Assembly: GCA_951406725.2 (NCBI GenBank)
Contig: OX597820.1
Coordinates: 13,392,001-13,456,000, forward strand
Source: Octopus vulgaris
Taxonomy: Eukaryota
Reading direction: 5' to 3'
DNA: 64,000 nucleotides
Made by a program: the position numbers and the translations under genes. A model generated the notes under the pieces. The model was given only the letters and a program-made list of their open reading frames with translations, was not told the DNA's origin and ran no database searches. This document shows, in pieces, positions 26,535-38,955 of this stretch; the first letter of the stretch is position 1; each line of letters opens with the position of its first letter.

Positions 26535-26970
26535 GAAACAATTTTTAAAATAATTTTTGAAAAAAATATTTTGGAAAATATTTATTTTTGTGAAAATGAA
26601 TTCGGAGGACAAGTTTTCTAACCGTGACCAAGCTAGCCAAAGAGCAAGTGTAAAACAAGACAAAATGAACGAAAATGTGAACGAAAGCCACATAAATACA
26701 GTAAACGGAAAACAGGAACCAAGAAGGAAAAATAAATGCTGAGAACGATAAAATGAATAACGGAAAAGTAAACCGAACAGAAGACAACCAAAAGAAGATT
26801 AATTTTGCCACCACAGCCGGTGTGAGAAAAGATAAATTGAACATAGAGCTAGATTCACTGCAGCAACACAGAGATATGTTCAAAAGGGAAGGGTTTGATG
26901 TTAAAGCCAACCTCCCTAACGAACTCATCGAAGAAGCAAAGAGGAAAATAACATATAAGACGATGATAAT
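26535..26970 (+). pseudogene. 5' fragment of a Tx1-type ORF1 element, ending abruptly at a SINE-B1 fragment (26971-27098)
   Basis: Translation FDVKANLPNELIEEAKRKITYKT parallels EVGLNLSNEM..ERKTITYK (62350-62410) and EKCSKTIVYKT (~47800). Confidence 0.5.
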
Positions 26971-27548
26971 AAAGGTCGACTTTGCCTTTCATCATTTCAG
27001 GGTTGATAAATTAAGTACCAGTTGTCTACTGCGGTCGATCTAATCGACTGGCCTCTCCCCAAAAATTTCGGGCCTTGTGCCTAGATTAGAACAGAATATC
27101 TAAAAGCGCCAGTGATAAATGCAGCAAGATTAACTGTAATGCATCATTGTTGTGAAGAAATACAAGATTATTTCAACGAGGATCCAGAAGTTCTATTAGT
27201 TAGGAAAGAAAAGTGGACAGAGTGTATTACGGCATAAGTCGTTGTTTAGCTCATAGTCAACTCTTTTTGCTGTTCAACCGTTGAAAACGGACGAATTATT
27301 TCCCGTCTTGCGAAGTTTCTGAATTCTTATGACGACAACAACGTTCATTTCTCGCTAGTAAGAACTAAGTTTCTAAAATAGATGGAGAAGTTAGGTGAAT
27401 TACTTTGGTCCAATGGTAGTTCATCTGTCATATTTATGGAAACTGTGGTGCGAATCCCACGATCAACCTTCGGGTTTTTTTACTTTTTCCTATCCAGAAG
27501 TGGGGTTTCTTAAAACAATAGTTACACGCTATTATTTATAGCTTTATA

Positions 27549-27930
27549 AGGCTGTGAGCTGGCAGAAACGGTAGCACGCCGGACGAAATGCTTAGCAGTA
27601 TTGCGCCTGCCGCTACGTTCTGAGTTCAAATTCCGCCGAGGTCGACTTTACCTTTCATCCTTTCGGGGTCGATAAATTAAGTACCAGTTACGCACTGGAG
27701 TCGATGTAATCGACTTAATCCCTTTGTCTGTCTTTGTTTGTCCCCTCTATGTTTAGCCTCTTGTGGGCAATAAAGAATGAAGTATTTCGTCTGTCTTTAC
27801 GTTCTGAGTTCAACTTCCGCCTTTCGTCCTTTCGGGGTCGATAAATTAAGTACCAGTTGCATATTGGGATCGATGTAATCGACTGGCCCCCTTCCCAAAC
27901 ATTTCGGCCCTTGTGCCTAGAGTAGAAAAG
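27549..27930 (+). mobile_element. SINE-B dimer (head, B2 unit, B1 remainder) with 14-bp TSD
   Basis: Junction taaagaatga|agtatttcgtctgtctttacg. Flanking direct repeat attatttatagctt at 27531-27544 and 27931-27944. Confidence 0.85.
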
Positions 27931-28994
27931 ATTATTTATAGCTTAAAACTATATATACATGAGAAATATTTTTGAGTTTGAAAATGAGTCTGGGCCTTAA
28001 AATGAATTGTAGCTTTTAATTATTATTTTTTTGCAAATTTATCAAAATACCATACCGGTTTCAACAATTTGCTGTAAGCGTAATTAAGAAAAAAACACGA
28101 TAGAACTTTGATCACAATGAACAAATCATATGTGCAGGTTATCCAGCAAGAAATTTACACAACCGTCTTTCTGAGACTTTAGGTAACTGCCGTCATTGGA
28201 TTACACTGGAGAAAACGATACACATTGTGCTTGATGCAAGAAGCTTTTCTTTCCATCGGGTATCATTACAAACAAACAAAAAACATTTTTGTTAAAAGTG
28301 AAAAATCCGTACATCCTTTGAAATCGCATTCCAGGACATATTCCAAAACGGGGAAAAGACATTAGAAGCATTGTAACAACAGGGCAGAGAAATATTTTGA
28401 AAACACAAGTCATGTTTTGGATTTTTCAAAACAGGTTATAGTTTCTTTCTTTTAAATTAAATATCGTTTATATATTCATAGATACACAGCGGGATGGCTT
28501 AAGTATGTGCCGCCTGGGGAAGCACTTGAGTTTCCCTCCTATGGATTATAAAACCGTCCCAAATGTGCCGCCACAATAAACGTGTCTCCCTGGGCAGGCT
28601 GTCCACTCTACACTCTCTCTAACTTCATTATTGTACATATGTACATATAAGTGTGCATGCACATGTATATACTTATATATATACATATATACATATACAC
28701 ACACAAATATGCATACATACATAAACATACACGTATAAACATACATACATACATACCTACACACACAAACACGCACACACACACACATGCACACATAAAT
28801 ACATACATACATACATACACGCATACACACATACATACACACACACACATACACACATAAATACATACATACATGCATACATACATACATACATATATAC
28901 ATACATACATACACACATACACGCATAAGTTAAAGCTGAACTTCCTTTAAGGAATACTTCAATCTATTCCTTTCTCTTTGATTTAGGCATGCTT

Positions 28995-29735
28995 AGGTTG
29001 CTGTTGTTGCTGTTGCGGCTGCTGCTGCTGCTGCTGCTGCAAATGTTGTTGCTGCTGTTGTTGTTGTTGTTGTTGTTGTTGTGGTGGTGGTGGTGGTGGT
29101 GGTGGTGGTGGTGGTGGTGATGGTGGTGGTGGTGGTGGTGGTGGTGGTGGTGGTGGTGATGGTGATGGTGGTGGTGGTGGTGGTGGTGGTGCGAGTGAAG
29201 AATAACATCAGCAGCAATCAGTGATGACGACGATAGTTCTGATGACGTTTTCTTCCTCACCTCTTTCTCCTTTTTCTTCTCCTCTTTCTCCTTTCTCTTC
29301 TTCTTCTCCTTTTTCTTCCTTTTCTCCTCTTCCTTCTCCTCCGTCTTCTTCTTCTCCTCCTCCTCCTTCTTCTTCTCTTTCTTCTTCTCCTCCTCCTCCT
29401 TCTTAGCCTTCTTATTCTTCTACTTCTCCCTCTTCTTCTCCTTCTCCTCCTCCTCCTCCGTTACCTTTTTCTTCTTTTTTCTTCTTCTTCTTATCCTCCT
29501 CCTCCTCCTTCCCCTTCTTACTCTTCTACTTCTTCCTCTTCTTCTCCTTCTCCTCCTCCTCCTCCTCCTTTTTTCTTCTTTTTTATCCTCCTTCTACTCC
29601 TCCTCCTCATTTTTCTTCGCCTACCCCTTCTTTTTATTCTCCTCTTTCTCCTTTTTCTTCTTCTTCTCCCCTTTCTCCCTCTGTTTCTTCACCTCCTCCT
29701 TCCCCTCCTTCCCCTCCTCCTCCTCCTTCTTCTCG
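28995..29735. repeat. CTG/TTG/GTG triplet repeats followed by a polypyrimidine tract
   Basis: Direct inspection. Confidence 0.9.
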
Positions 29736-30304
29736 ATTTTTGCGATGCTCTGGCAGAACTTTACACGTTTAGAAAGCTTTTAACTCATTAGACATAACGA
29801 TTTAAGGTGTGAAAAAAGAAACAGGATGATCAAATGCAAATTTTTAAAAACAAAAACAAACAATTGAAGAAAGGGGAAAGAAAGGTAATAGAATGAAGCA
29901 CATATGTATATGTGTGTGTGTGTATATATATGTATATATGTATGTATGTATGCATTTATGTGTGTGTAAATGTATGTATGCATGTATACATATATATATA
30001 TATATATAGGTAGACGTAGGTATGTATGCGTGGATGCATGTATATGTATATATATATATATATATATATGTATATGTATAGTTACATATACATATACACT
30101 TACACACACGCACACACAATATGAATGTATATAATTGTGTATGTAGTTATACACACGTATTTGTATGTATGTATGTATGTATGTATGTATGTATGTATGT
30201 ATGTGTGTATGTATACATGTATGCATGCATGCAAATATAAATGTACATATAATCACATATAAATATATACATTCAAATCTACATACATGCACACACGAAA
30301 AGCA

Positions 30305-30326
30305 GCATTGATAGATAGATAGATAA

Positions 30327-30386
<60 letters not shown>

Positions 30387-30428
30387 TCAGACAGACAGAC
30401 AGACAGACACACAGACAGACACACGCAC

Positions 30429-30494
<66 letters not shown>

Positions 30495-30533
30495 TCAGAC
30501 AGAGAGACAGACACACAGATACACAGATAGATG

Positions 30534-30599
<66 letters not shown>

Positions 30600-30750
30600 C
30601 ACACACATACACACAGATAAACAGACAGACAGACAGGTAGGTAGGTAGGAAGACAGGCAGGCAGGCAGATAGACAGACAGGCAGACACAGAGAGAGAATT
30701 AGAAAGAAAGAAAGAAAGAAAGAAAGAAATAAAGAAAGAAAGAAAGAAAG

Positions 30751-30781
<31 letters not shown>

Positions 30782-30785
30782 ACGA

Positions 30786-30817
<32 letters not shown>

Positions 30818-30830
30818 GAAAAGAGAAAAA
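30305..30830. repeat. (GATA)n/(GACA)n/(GAAA)n tetranucleotide repeats
   Basis: Direct inspection. Confidence 0.95.
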
Positions 30831-31286
30831 AGGCATCAAGCAGGCAAACTTATAAACAGAAGTCTAGTTTGTAAATATAGTAGAAGAAAAAAAAATGGCG
30901 GCTTCGGTAATTGGTATGCAACATCGGATGATAGAGTGAGTTTTGTCAAGCATCCAACAAGTTTATAACGATTAGCAAGTACGGTTGAAATGAAGACATT
31001 TTTTAAACATTTGTTTTGCCTCGTCTTGACGTTGCCAGTGTCCCGCGAGGCTACACAGGAAATGGTCCATATTCATCTATATTCATTTCCATTTGTACTT
31101 GTCTTTCTTCGAGGCATTAGATTAGATTAGATGTAGGCGTGTGTGGTGTGGGGTGCGGGGTGTGTGTTTGTTTGGCTTTTTTTTTTTTTTGCTGTTTGCT
31201 CTGTATTGTTGTTGTTGTTTTTTATATTGATAAGTAGACAGAAAGATAGTCGGACATATGTGCATATGACTGTATGTATATCTGTA

Positions 31287-31367
<81 letters not shown>

Positions 31368-31368
31368 A

Positions 31369-31404
<36 letters not shown>

Positions 31405-31665
31405 GTATATATATATATATGTATATATATGTACATATATATACATATATATATATATATTAACTTAGCGGTTCGACAAAAGAACCGATAGTATAAGTAC
31501 CAGGCTTACAAAGAATAAGTGCTGGGGTCGATTTGCTCAACTAAAAGGCGGTGCCCCAGCATGGCCGCAGTCAAATGACTGAAACAAGTAAAGGAGTTAA
31601 AGAGTATATATATATATATTTCGTATACAGGCGCAGGAGTGGCTCTGTGGTAATTAGCTTGCTTA

Positions 31666-33766
31666 TCGCGCATGCGTGTTGGTGTTTTGCTTCAACACTT
31701 GAACAAGGAGGACATGAGCTAGTACTCTCCGTCCTAAAACTGAAAATTAAGAAGTCCGTTCGAGGTAGGTGATTTTGTTTGTTTTGACCTGGGCGTGATT
31801 TATTGTTTTCGAATTTTTTTCAGTAAATTTCGCCCAGCTCTGGAACAATTTCGCCTGCTCTCGGTGGCTATTGTGATTTTTGCTTGTTGAAAAAATGTTG
31901 GGAGCGTATCACCGCCCAAAAATTGAAGTTTCTTCCAGTCATTGAAAATTTTTGTGACCCATTGTGGCGAAGATTCGTTTTCTTTGGATTTAAGATTCCA
32001 GCTCGGAGTACCAGCCAAAGAAGAGGGCTAGGAGTACCTGTGGCCGGAATTGTGTAGTTGCCATTTGGAACCATATTTTTATTTCTTCCGTGTTTTTCCT
32101 TCTGTTTTTTTAACTGTCACTTTTGTTTTCTTTTGTCTTATTTTTTAGTGTCTATTTTTCGTTCGGACCTTTTTTTTTTTTCCTTTTTTCTCGTGTATTT
32201 CTAGTTTTGTGGACATTTGAACTTTATTCCTCATGGCGATAAAGAATGGTGCCACTGCTTTGGAGTGGGAGATTGTCCCACCCAATCAGTGGTTAAAAGA
32301 TATGGAGGAGAGGACGGTGGTGGTTAGAACATATTCTAAAGTTCTTGATACCATCACCGTCTTCCCAAAACCAGTTATAGAAAATGAACTGAAAGACTAT
32401 TTCTCCTCTGTGAAATACAAAGCCCGCGGTGTCAAGCATGCAACCGTATGGTTTCTGTTTGACACCCTGGAGAAGGCTCACAATTTCGTGAGTCAGCCCT
32501 TGGAGGGCAACGAAATTCTATTCCTCCTGTCGTACTGCGGGATGAAATTAATAAGAGCCTGGGTATGTGGGTTACCCCCGGGCACCGAGGCGGGTTGGAT
32601 TGAAGATACCATCCGACGGGGACTGGGGTACAGTGGGCCCAGGCTCTTAAACGTAAGGGTATTGCCGGTGGTCGATTGGGAAGGGTCAAAAATGATTTTG
32701 ACCCTGTGGACCCCATCGGCCGCAACAGATGGTTTTTTTCCAGACTTTTTTATATGGTTGGCTGCAGGTATCCGGTGATACTTGAGGGACGTCCCCCCAA
32801 GTGTCACTCGTGCCTGCAGCCAGGCCACATTAAAAAGAACTGCCCCAAGGACCATGGTAAGGGCCTGGAACAGTCACTGGATGCTATCTCCCCCACCCGG
32901 TTAAAGGGAGAGGTGGATGTGTTCAAAAAGGATTGAAAAGGAAGAAGGTGAGCAACAATGGTTGCCCGCCGAAGGACCCTAAGGCTTCGGGAGGTGGGAG
33001 AGAGACTCCGGACAAAGCGGAAGAAGTCAGGAAGAAAAGAAAGAAGAACGGGTCATTGCAGGTGGGAGATGATGTGCCGTCTGCATGTCCCGAAGTTGTG
33101 CCACCCACGGTGGAAGAAACGATCCCCACCCTTAAAGATGATGAATTAATTATCTTTTTCTACAAGGGCGGGGAGGTGGAAAAAATAGTAGAAGAACATA
33201 AAGAGACAGTAGATATGCCCTTCACACGGGATCCCGAATGGCCTCCGCAGATAGCTGTGGAGGTCATAAGGTTTCCCTTGTGGGGAAAGGCTTAAAGAAT
33301 TTGAGGAGGAGTGTCGCATATGGCCAGGTGGCCCTTACACGACTTACATGTCCTACATGAGTGAGGCATGGGTAAAAAGCCGGATACAGGAAATCAAGCG
33401 GCATTGAAGATAATGATGGATATATTGATGGATATATCGATGAGTAGGAGGTGAAAAAGCCTCGTTAGAGGGTTTGAAACCTCATCTTATTGTATTATTT
33501 GTAGTGGTTTATAACCTCAATTGTGTGTTTAAAAAAATCATGTTAAGTAGGAGGTTTTAAGCCTCCTTCTTGTAAGAGGTTTGAAACCTAATATTGATTT
33601 TTAAAAAAAAGAAAATATGTTTTCGAGAAAAATCCAATCGACGGGTGTTGGGTTTCGACTCTTATTTACTCATTTTATTTCATTTTCATTCATTAATGTG
33701 TTTGTCCAGCCCGCAAAGCTACCCAATCTTTGTATTGTCTATATGACAAATTTTATGAAATAAAGG
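31666..33766 (+). mobile_element. Complete ORF1-only (HAL1-like) non-autonomous retroelement of the L1/Tx1 group
   Basis: 10-bp TSD agcttgctta (31656-31665 and 33767-33776), ~570-bp 5' UTR, ORF1, 3' UTR ending AATAAA (33759-33764). No RT or endonuclease sequence. Confidence 0.85.
32233..33408 (+). pseudogene. Frameshifted Tx1-type ORF1 protein (RRM-like region, CCHC knuckle, basic C-terminus)
   Basis: ORFs 32233-32778, 32676-32936 and 32933-33295 join across frameshifts. Contains LEGRPPKCHSCLQPGHIKKNC. Colinear homologue at 60230-61402. Confidence 0.8.
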
Positions 33767-34301
33767 AGCTTGCTTACCAACCACATGGTTCCGGGTTCAG
33801 TCCCACTGCGTGGCACTTTGGACAAGTGTCTTCTACTATAGCCTCGGGCCGACCAAACCCTTGTGAGTGGATTTGGTAGACTGAAACTGAAAATGTGTGT
33901 GTGTGTGTGCGTTTGTACCTCCCACCATCGCTTGCCAACCGATATTGGTGTGTTGGGATCGATTTGTTCAACTAAAGGCAGTGCTCCAGCATGGCCGCAG
34001 TCAAATGACTAAAACAAATATATATATATATATATATATATAGCAATACACACACACACATACATACATTTGTATATATCTATATCTATATATATATATC
34101 TATATATATATATATATATATACATAGGCATGACAGAAATAAATAGACACCCTTATAATCGTTAAAATTTATTTAAACCTGAAATTATACATTAGTCAAA
34201 CTATTTATTATCATAAAACTATTTATTATTAGTGATATAGATGTACCCTATATCACTTTCTTCCATTCCTATATATCTGTTTCCATGTATCTACATATTC
34301 T

Positions 34302-34587
34302 GTGGAGGCACATGGGCTAGTGGTTAGAGCAACGGGATCGCGAGTTCGAATCTCAGACCGGGCGATATGTGTGTTTATGACCGAAACACCTAAGCTCCAC
34401 GCGACTCCGGCAGAAGGTAATGGTGAACTTCTGCTGACTCTTTCGCCACAACTTTCTCTCACTCTTTCCTCCTGCATCTAGAAGCTCACCTGCGAAGGAC
34501 CGGCGTCCCGTCCAGGTGGGGAACCTATACGCCAAGGAAACCGGGAAATCCTTATGAGTCAGGCGTGGCTCGAGAAGGAACAAACAT
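34302..34587 (+). mobile_element. SINE family C'
   Basis: Matches 55880-56155 and the reverse complement of 10762-11040. Confidence 0.8.
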
Positions 34588-34769
34588 ATCATTCTGTATC
34601 TGTTTAGAAATTAATCTGCATAACTACATAGAAGTCTACGTATCTTTCTGCAATTGTATGAATGTATGAATGTCTTTCTTCTCGTGTAGGGAAAATCTAA
34701 AGCAATTTGAATTTAACTTAAAAGATTGATGAACTTAAAATAATGATTAATATTTGGTCTCAAATAGAA

Positions 34770-35100
34770 CGGTGAGCTGGCAGAGTCGTTAGCACACCGG
34801 GAAAAATGCTTAACAGCATTTCGTCCGTGTTTACGTTCCGAGTTCAAATTCTGCCGGGATCGGCTTTATCATTCGTCTTTATCGGGGTCGATAAAATAAA
34901 GTACAAGTTGATCACTAAGGACGAGGAAATTGACTTAACCTCTCCCACGAACTTTCTGGCCTTGTGCTAAAATATGAAATTAATATTGGTTGGCTATTTT
35001 GTGGTGAAGGAGAATAAGTCGATTCATTGATCTGTGTTCAACTGGTATTTATTATATCGACCCCCGGAAGGATGAAAGGCAAAGGCGGTCTCGGCGGTAT
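34770..35100. mobile_element. Two diverged SINE-B1 copies in tail-to-tail orientation
   Basis: Plus copy at 34770-34985. Minus fragment at ~35000-35100 (atcgacccccggaaggatgaaaggcaaag). Confidence 0.65.
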
Positions 35101-35214
35101 GGTTGTGGTCAACACTGAATATCAAAAATTATTGATAAACAAATTTAGAATTATGGATTTAGGGACTTCAAATAAATTCAAGAATGAAGTATATAATTAT
35201 AATTAACATATTTA

Positions 35215-35990
35215 TGTGGTAACCATGCTTGGTAACCACGTGGTTTTGGATTCAGACCCAACTTCATGACACCTTGGGCAAGTATCTTCTATTATAACCC
35301 CAACCAATTAATGGCCTGTGAGTGACTTTGGTAGGCGGACACAATGTGCAAGGCTATATGTAAATGTAGGTATTGTAGTTTTTTTGTGTTTGTGATTGTC
35401 TCATACCACTTGACAACCGGTGCTGGTTTGTTTATGTCCCCGACGACCATGCAGAATAAGTACTTAGGTGTTTCGCTCATAAACACACACATCGCCCAGT
35501 CTGAGATTCGAACCCGCGATCCCTCGACCGCGCGTCCGCTGCTCTAACTTACAGAATAAGTATTGTGGTCGATTTGTTCCTCTAAACCTTTCAAATTAAG
35601 TATGAGACGCAATGGCCCAGTGGTTAGGGCAGCGGACTCGCAGTCGGAGGATCGCGGTTTCGATTCCCAGACCGGGTGTTGTGTGTCTTTATTGAGCGAA
35701 AACACCTAAAGCTCCACGAGTCTCCGGTAGGGAGTGGTGGCGACCCCTGTTATATTCTTTCGCCCCAAATTTCTCTCAATCTTTCTTCCTGTTTCTTGAG
35801 TAACGCTGCGATGGACTGCGCTGGAGGGGAGAACACATACGCCACAGAAACCGGGAAAACAGGCCCATGAGCCTGGCTAAGCTTGAAAAGGGCGCATAAA
35901 TAAAAAATAAAACCTTTCAAATTAGTGCCCCAGCATGGCCTCAGTCCAATAACTGAAAGATGTAAACGATGAAAGCCAAATGATAGGAAA
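35215..35990 (+). mobile_element. Old SINE-A-like copy interrupted by nested SINE-C pieces
   Basis: SINE C' at 35604-35905 is flanked by the direct repeat aaacctttcaaatta (35584-35598 and 35910-35924). A minus-strand C head fragment at ~35463-35550 is flanked by cagaataagta. Confidence 0.7.
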
Positions 35991-36826
35991 TGAAATACAA
36001 TTTGAACGGTTAAGTGGGGTGTATAATGGGGAGTGATGAGTGTAGGAAGCAAGGATTATTAAAGTAAATAAGAAATTAAAATTAACATAAAATTAACATA
36101 ATAAGCATGTGTCAGTGGGTGTAGAAGATAGCTTCTGCGTATTCAAATTGTTTTATAGCATATTTTGTGAGATAATCTTTCTAACATATTTGTGTAAAAT
36201 GGTGTATATAAATCAGAAACATTGCCAGATTGTGGTTGGAACTTTCTCAAAAGGTTATGATTCTGAGGTCGACCTTTCAAGATTAGATCAGTCTTTTTCT
36301 TAAATAGCATATAATCCTTTGTTAGGAAATTCAGTTTATCGGTGAGACACAGCTTGCTTGTGTAGGATTCGTTTGAGCAATGGCTGATATTTTCAATAAC
36401 ATCAGCTTTTGCTCGAGGGCTGATGGTATTGAGAAGATTATATTTTAATTTATTGCTTTTTGAAGGCTTCAAGTACTTTTAGGCATTGACAAGGTGCTTC
36501 ATTGTTCTGAATATCGGAATATTAGATGTTAAGATTTCAGGTTAGTTAGATGTAAAAGTGTTATAATTTTTGTCCATATCACCACGTAAAAAGACTTCGG
36601 CACTTCAGAAAAGCATTTTTCCCTGGGAATCAAAGACGTTCCGATAACACAGTCAAAGGTCCAGACATGTTTTGTGTGTAAATTTGCTTGTCATGATATC
36701 GCAAGATTTTCAGTGCAACTCACGATGTCATGGTATTGACCAGATTATCAGATATTGATATCGAACCCGTTATCAAGCAATCGTGAAGGCAATACCCTAA
36801 TCACAACGTCATTCGCCTTCACACAA

Positions 36827-37236
36827 GGCGAATAGGAATGGCTGTGTGGTAAGTAGCTTGCTTACCAGCCACATGGTACCGGGTTCAGTCCCACTGCGTA
36901 GCACCTTGGGCAAGTGTCTTCTACTATAGCCTCGGGCCGACCAAAGCCTTGTGAGTGGATTTGGTAGACGGAAACTGAAAGAAGCCCATCGTATATATAT
37001 ATATATGGGTGTATGTGTGTTTGTGTGTCTGTTTTTGTCCCACCAACATCGCTTGACAACCGATGCTGGTGAGTTTACATCCCTATAAATTAGCGATTCG
37101 GCAAAAGAGACCGATGGAATAAGTACTAGGCTTGCAAAGAATAAGTTCTGGGGTCGATTTGCTCGACTAAATACGGTGCTCCAGCATGGCCGCAGTGACT
37201 GAAACAAGTAAAAGAGTAAAAGAGAGAGTAAAGAGT
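36827..37236 (+). mobile_element. SINE family A, full length
   Basis: Near-consensus head, body and tail. Confidence 0.9.
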
Positions 37237-37557
37237 ATCGCTGGCGACGATGCGCTTCGCATTGTTTTAGCATTTGAATGACGCTACCCAGTAGGCTAGG
37301 CGAGCAGGCCAGCCTTGGATCGGAAGGCTATTCCGTCACACGGTTACCATTTTACAGCTGAGTGGTCTGAAGCAACATGTAACGAAGTATTTCGCTTACG
37401 AACACGATGCACCCCCTCCCGGTCCGGGAATCGAACCCGTTATCAAGCAATCGTGAGGGCAATACCCTAACCACAACGTCATTCGCTTTCACACAACTGG
37501 AACTAACCGTTTTTTGTTTATTAATGCGTTTGTGGTGTTAATATCTGTTGGAGAAGT

Positions 37558-37775
37558 AAGGCGGCGTGCTAGTAGAAGCCTTAGAGTGCCGGGGAAAATG
37601 CACAGCGGCATTTCGTCCGTCTTTACGTTCCGAGTTTACATTCCGCCGAGATCCAATTTGCCTTTTATCCTCCCGAGATCGATAAAATAAGTACCTGTTG
37701 GATACTGGGGTCGATGTAATCGACTTACCCTTCCTGCCAAACTACTGGGGTCCTGTGTCAAAATTTTAAACCAAT
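37558..37775 (+). mobile_element. SINE-B1, diverged full length
   Basis: aaggcggcgtgctagtagaagccttag head through ctggggtcgatgtaatcgacttaccc and the B1-type tail. Confidence 0.7.
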
Positions 37776-38694
37776 ATCCATTAGAGAAAAGCTTAATTAC
37801 TACAAATAAAGCCTGGTAAATATTTTGCTCAATTAATAACTAAAAGATGAATTGATCCAAATAATTTTCCTTCTATTTATATTTTCGTTTGTGATATTTG
37901 AGTGCTACATATACAGTATTTTATCTTTAAAGCCACTCTTTGCCAACTACTCTGTGGTACATTGGTTGTTTTTGTTTTTTTTTACTTTTTGATATATAGT
38001 GTGAAATCTTCTACCACCATTAATCTAATCTGTATGCATGATGTATAATCTGCTGCTTGACTCGACACACACAGGCTGGCAGTTTATGTGTTGCTGATTC
38101 TTATCTGTGAAATTTTAATAAAGAATTTGATCACGTTGTTTTAATAGTGATTAAGATAACAAGTTAGATTGCTTACGTATGTTAAGCGTTGATAGTTACA
38201 CAGATGTCTAGCTACATCTGCCGTTGGTAACGCGATGGACTTATGACATAACACTCAACACCCTGTCTGCATAACACCGCAAAATTAATCAATATGTCTG
38301 CAGTAGTGTGTTTCGTTTCTCTAGCAAAACGTTATCTGCGATTAACCAGCATCCTTTCTAGCTCTCATAATATTTAACACTCACGCTGTTTTGCATGGTT
38401 ACTCAATCCTCTGTTGGACTTGCCTTCGTGGACTTGCCTTCCTACCCGTCTTTTTTTTCTTCTTCCACAAGTTGTTCCTTTACGAATATTCCAGCCGAAC
38501 ATCAATCTCAGCAGTCTTAGAGGCCTGTTAATGTCTTGAGTGATTTCTCTCTCTCTGCTTTCTAATTAAATATTTAAAGGGGGGAAAAGATGGAGAAACT
38601 AAAGTAGGCATTGAACTCTGTTGATTCTTGGGATTCAAGAAACGATTAAGCTTTCTAAGGACCATTTTGGTAAACGGTATACTTGTAGGAGCAT

Positions 38695-38955
38695 AAGGCG
38701 GTAAGCTGGCAGAAACGTTAGCACGCCGGGCGAAATGCTTAGCAGTATTTCGTCTGCCGCTACGTCTGCCGCTACGTTGTGGTTAGTGAAGAAATAGGTA
38801 TTTCGTCTGCCGTTACGTTCTGAGCTCAAATCACGCCGAGGTCGACTTTGCATTTCATCCTTTCAGGGTCGATTAAATAAGTATTAGACTTAATCCGTTT
38901 GTCTGTCTTTGTTTGTCCTTTCTGTGTTTATTCCTTTGTGGGTAGTAAAGAGAAA
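38695..38955 (+). mobile_element. SINE-B2 with full head and 15-bp TSD
   Basis: TSD ggtatacttgtagga at 38676-38690 and 38956-38970. Contains a collapsed internal unit (...gtgaagaaata|ggtatttcg). Confidence 0.85.

Larger units (their letters stand above)
31630..34020 (+). mobile_element. SINE family A split by a 2.1-kb insertion (SINE parts 31630-31665 and 33767-34020)
   Basis: The head ggcgcaggagtggctctgtggtaattagcttgctta resumes as agcttgcttaccaaccacatggttccggg at 33767. Confidence 0.9.

Noticed and set aside
31760-32205. Intron in the 5' UTR of the ORF1-only element (AG|GTAGGT, pyrimidine tract, TAG)
   Set aside because: The homologue has a donor-like AG|GTAAG but no AG acceptor in its U-rich tract before the ATG, and retention of an intron in a retrocopy argues against efficient splicing.
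36143-36472. 109-aa non-repetitive minus-strand ORF as a host exon
   Set aside because: No recognisable domain, no convincing splice sites and AT-rich composition. Compatible with chance.
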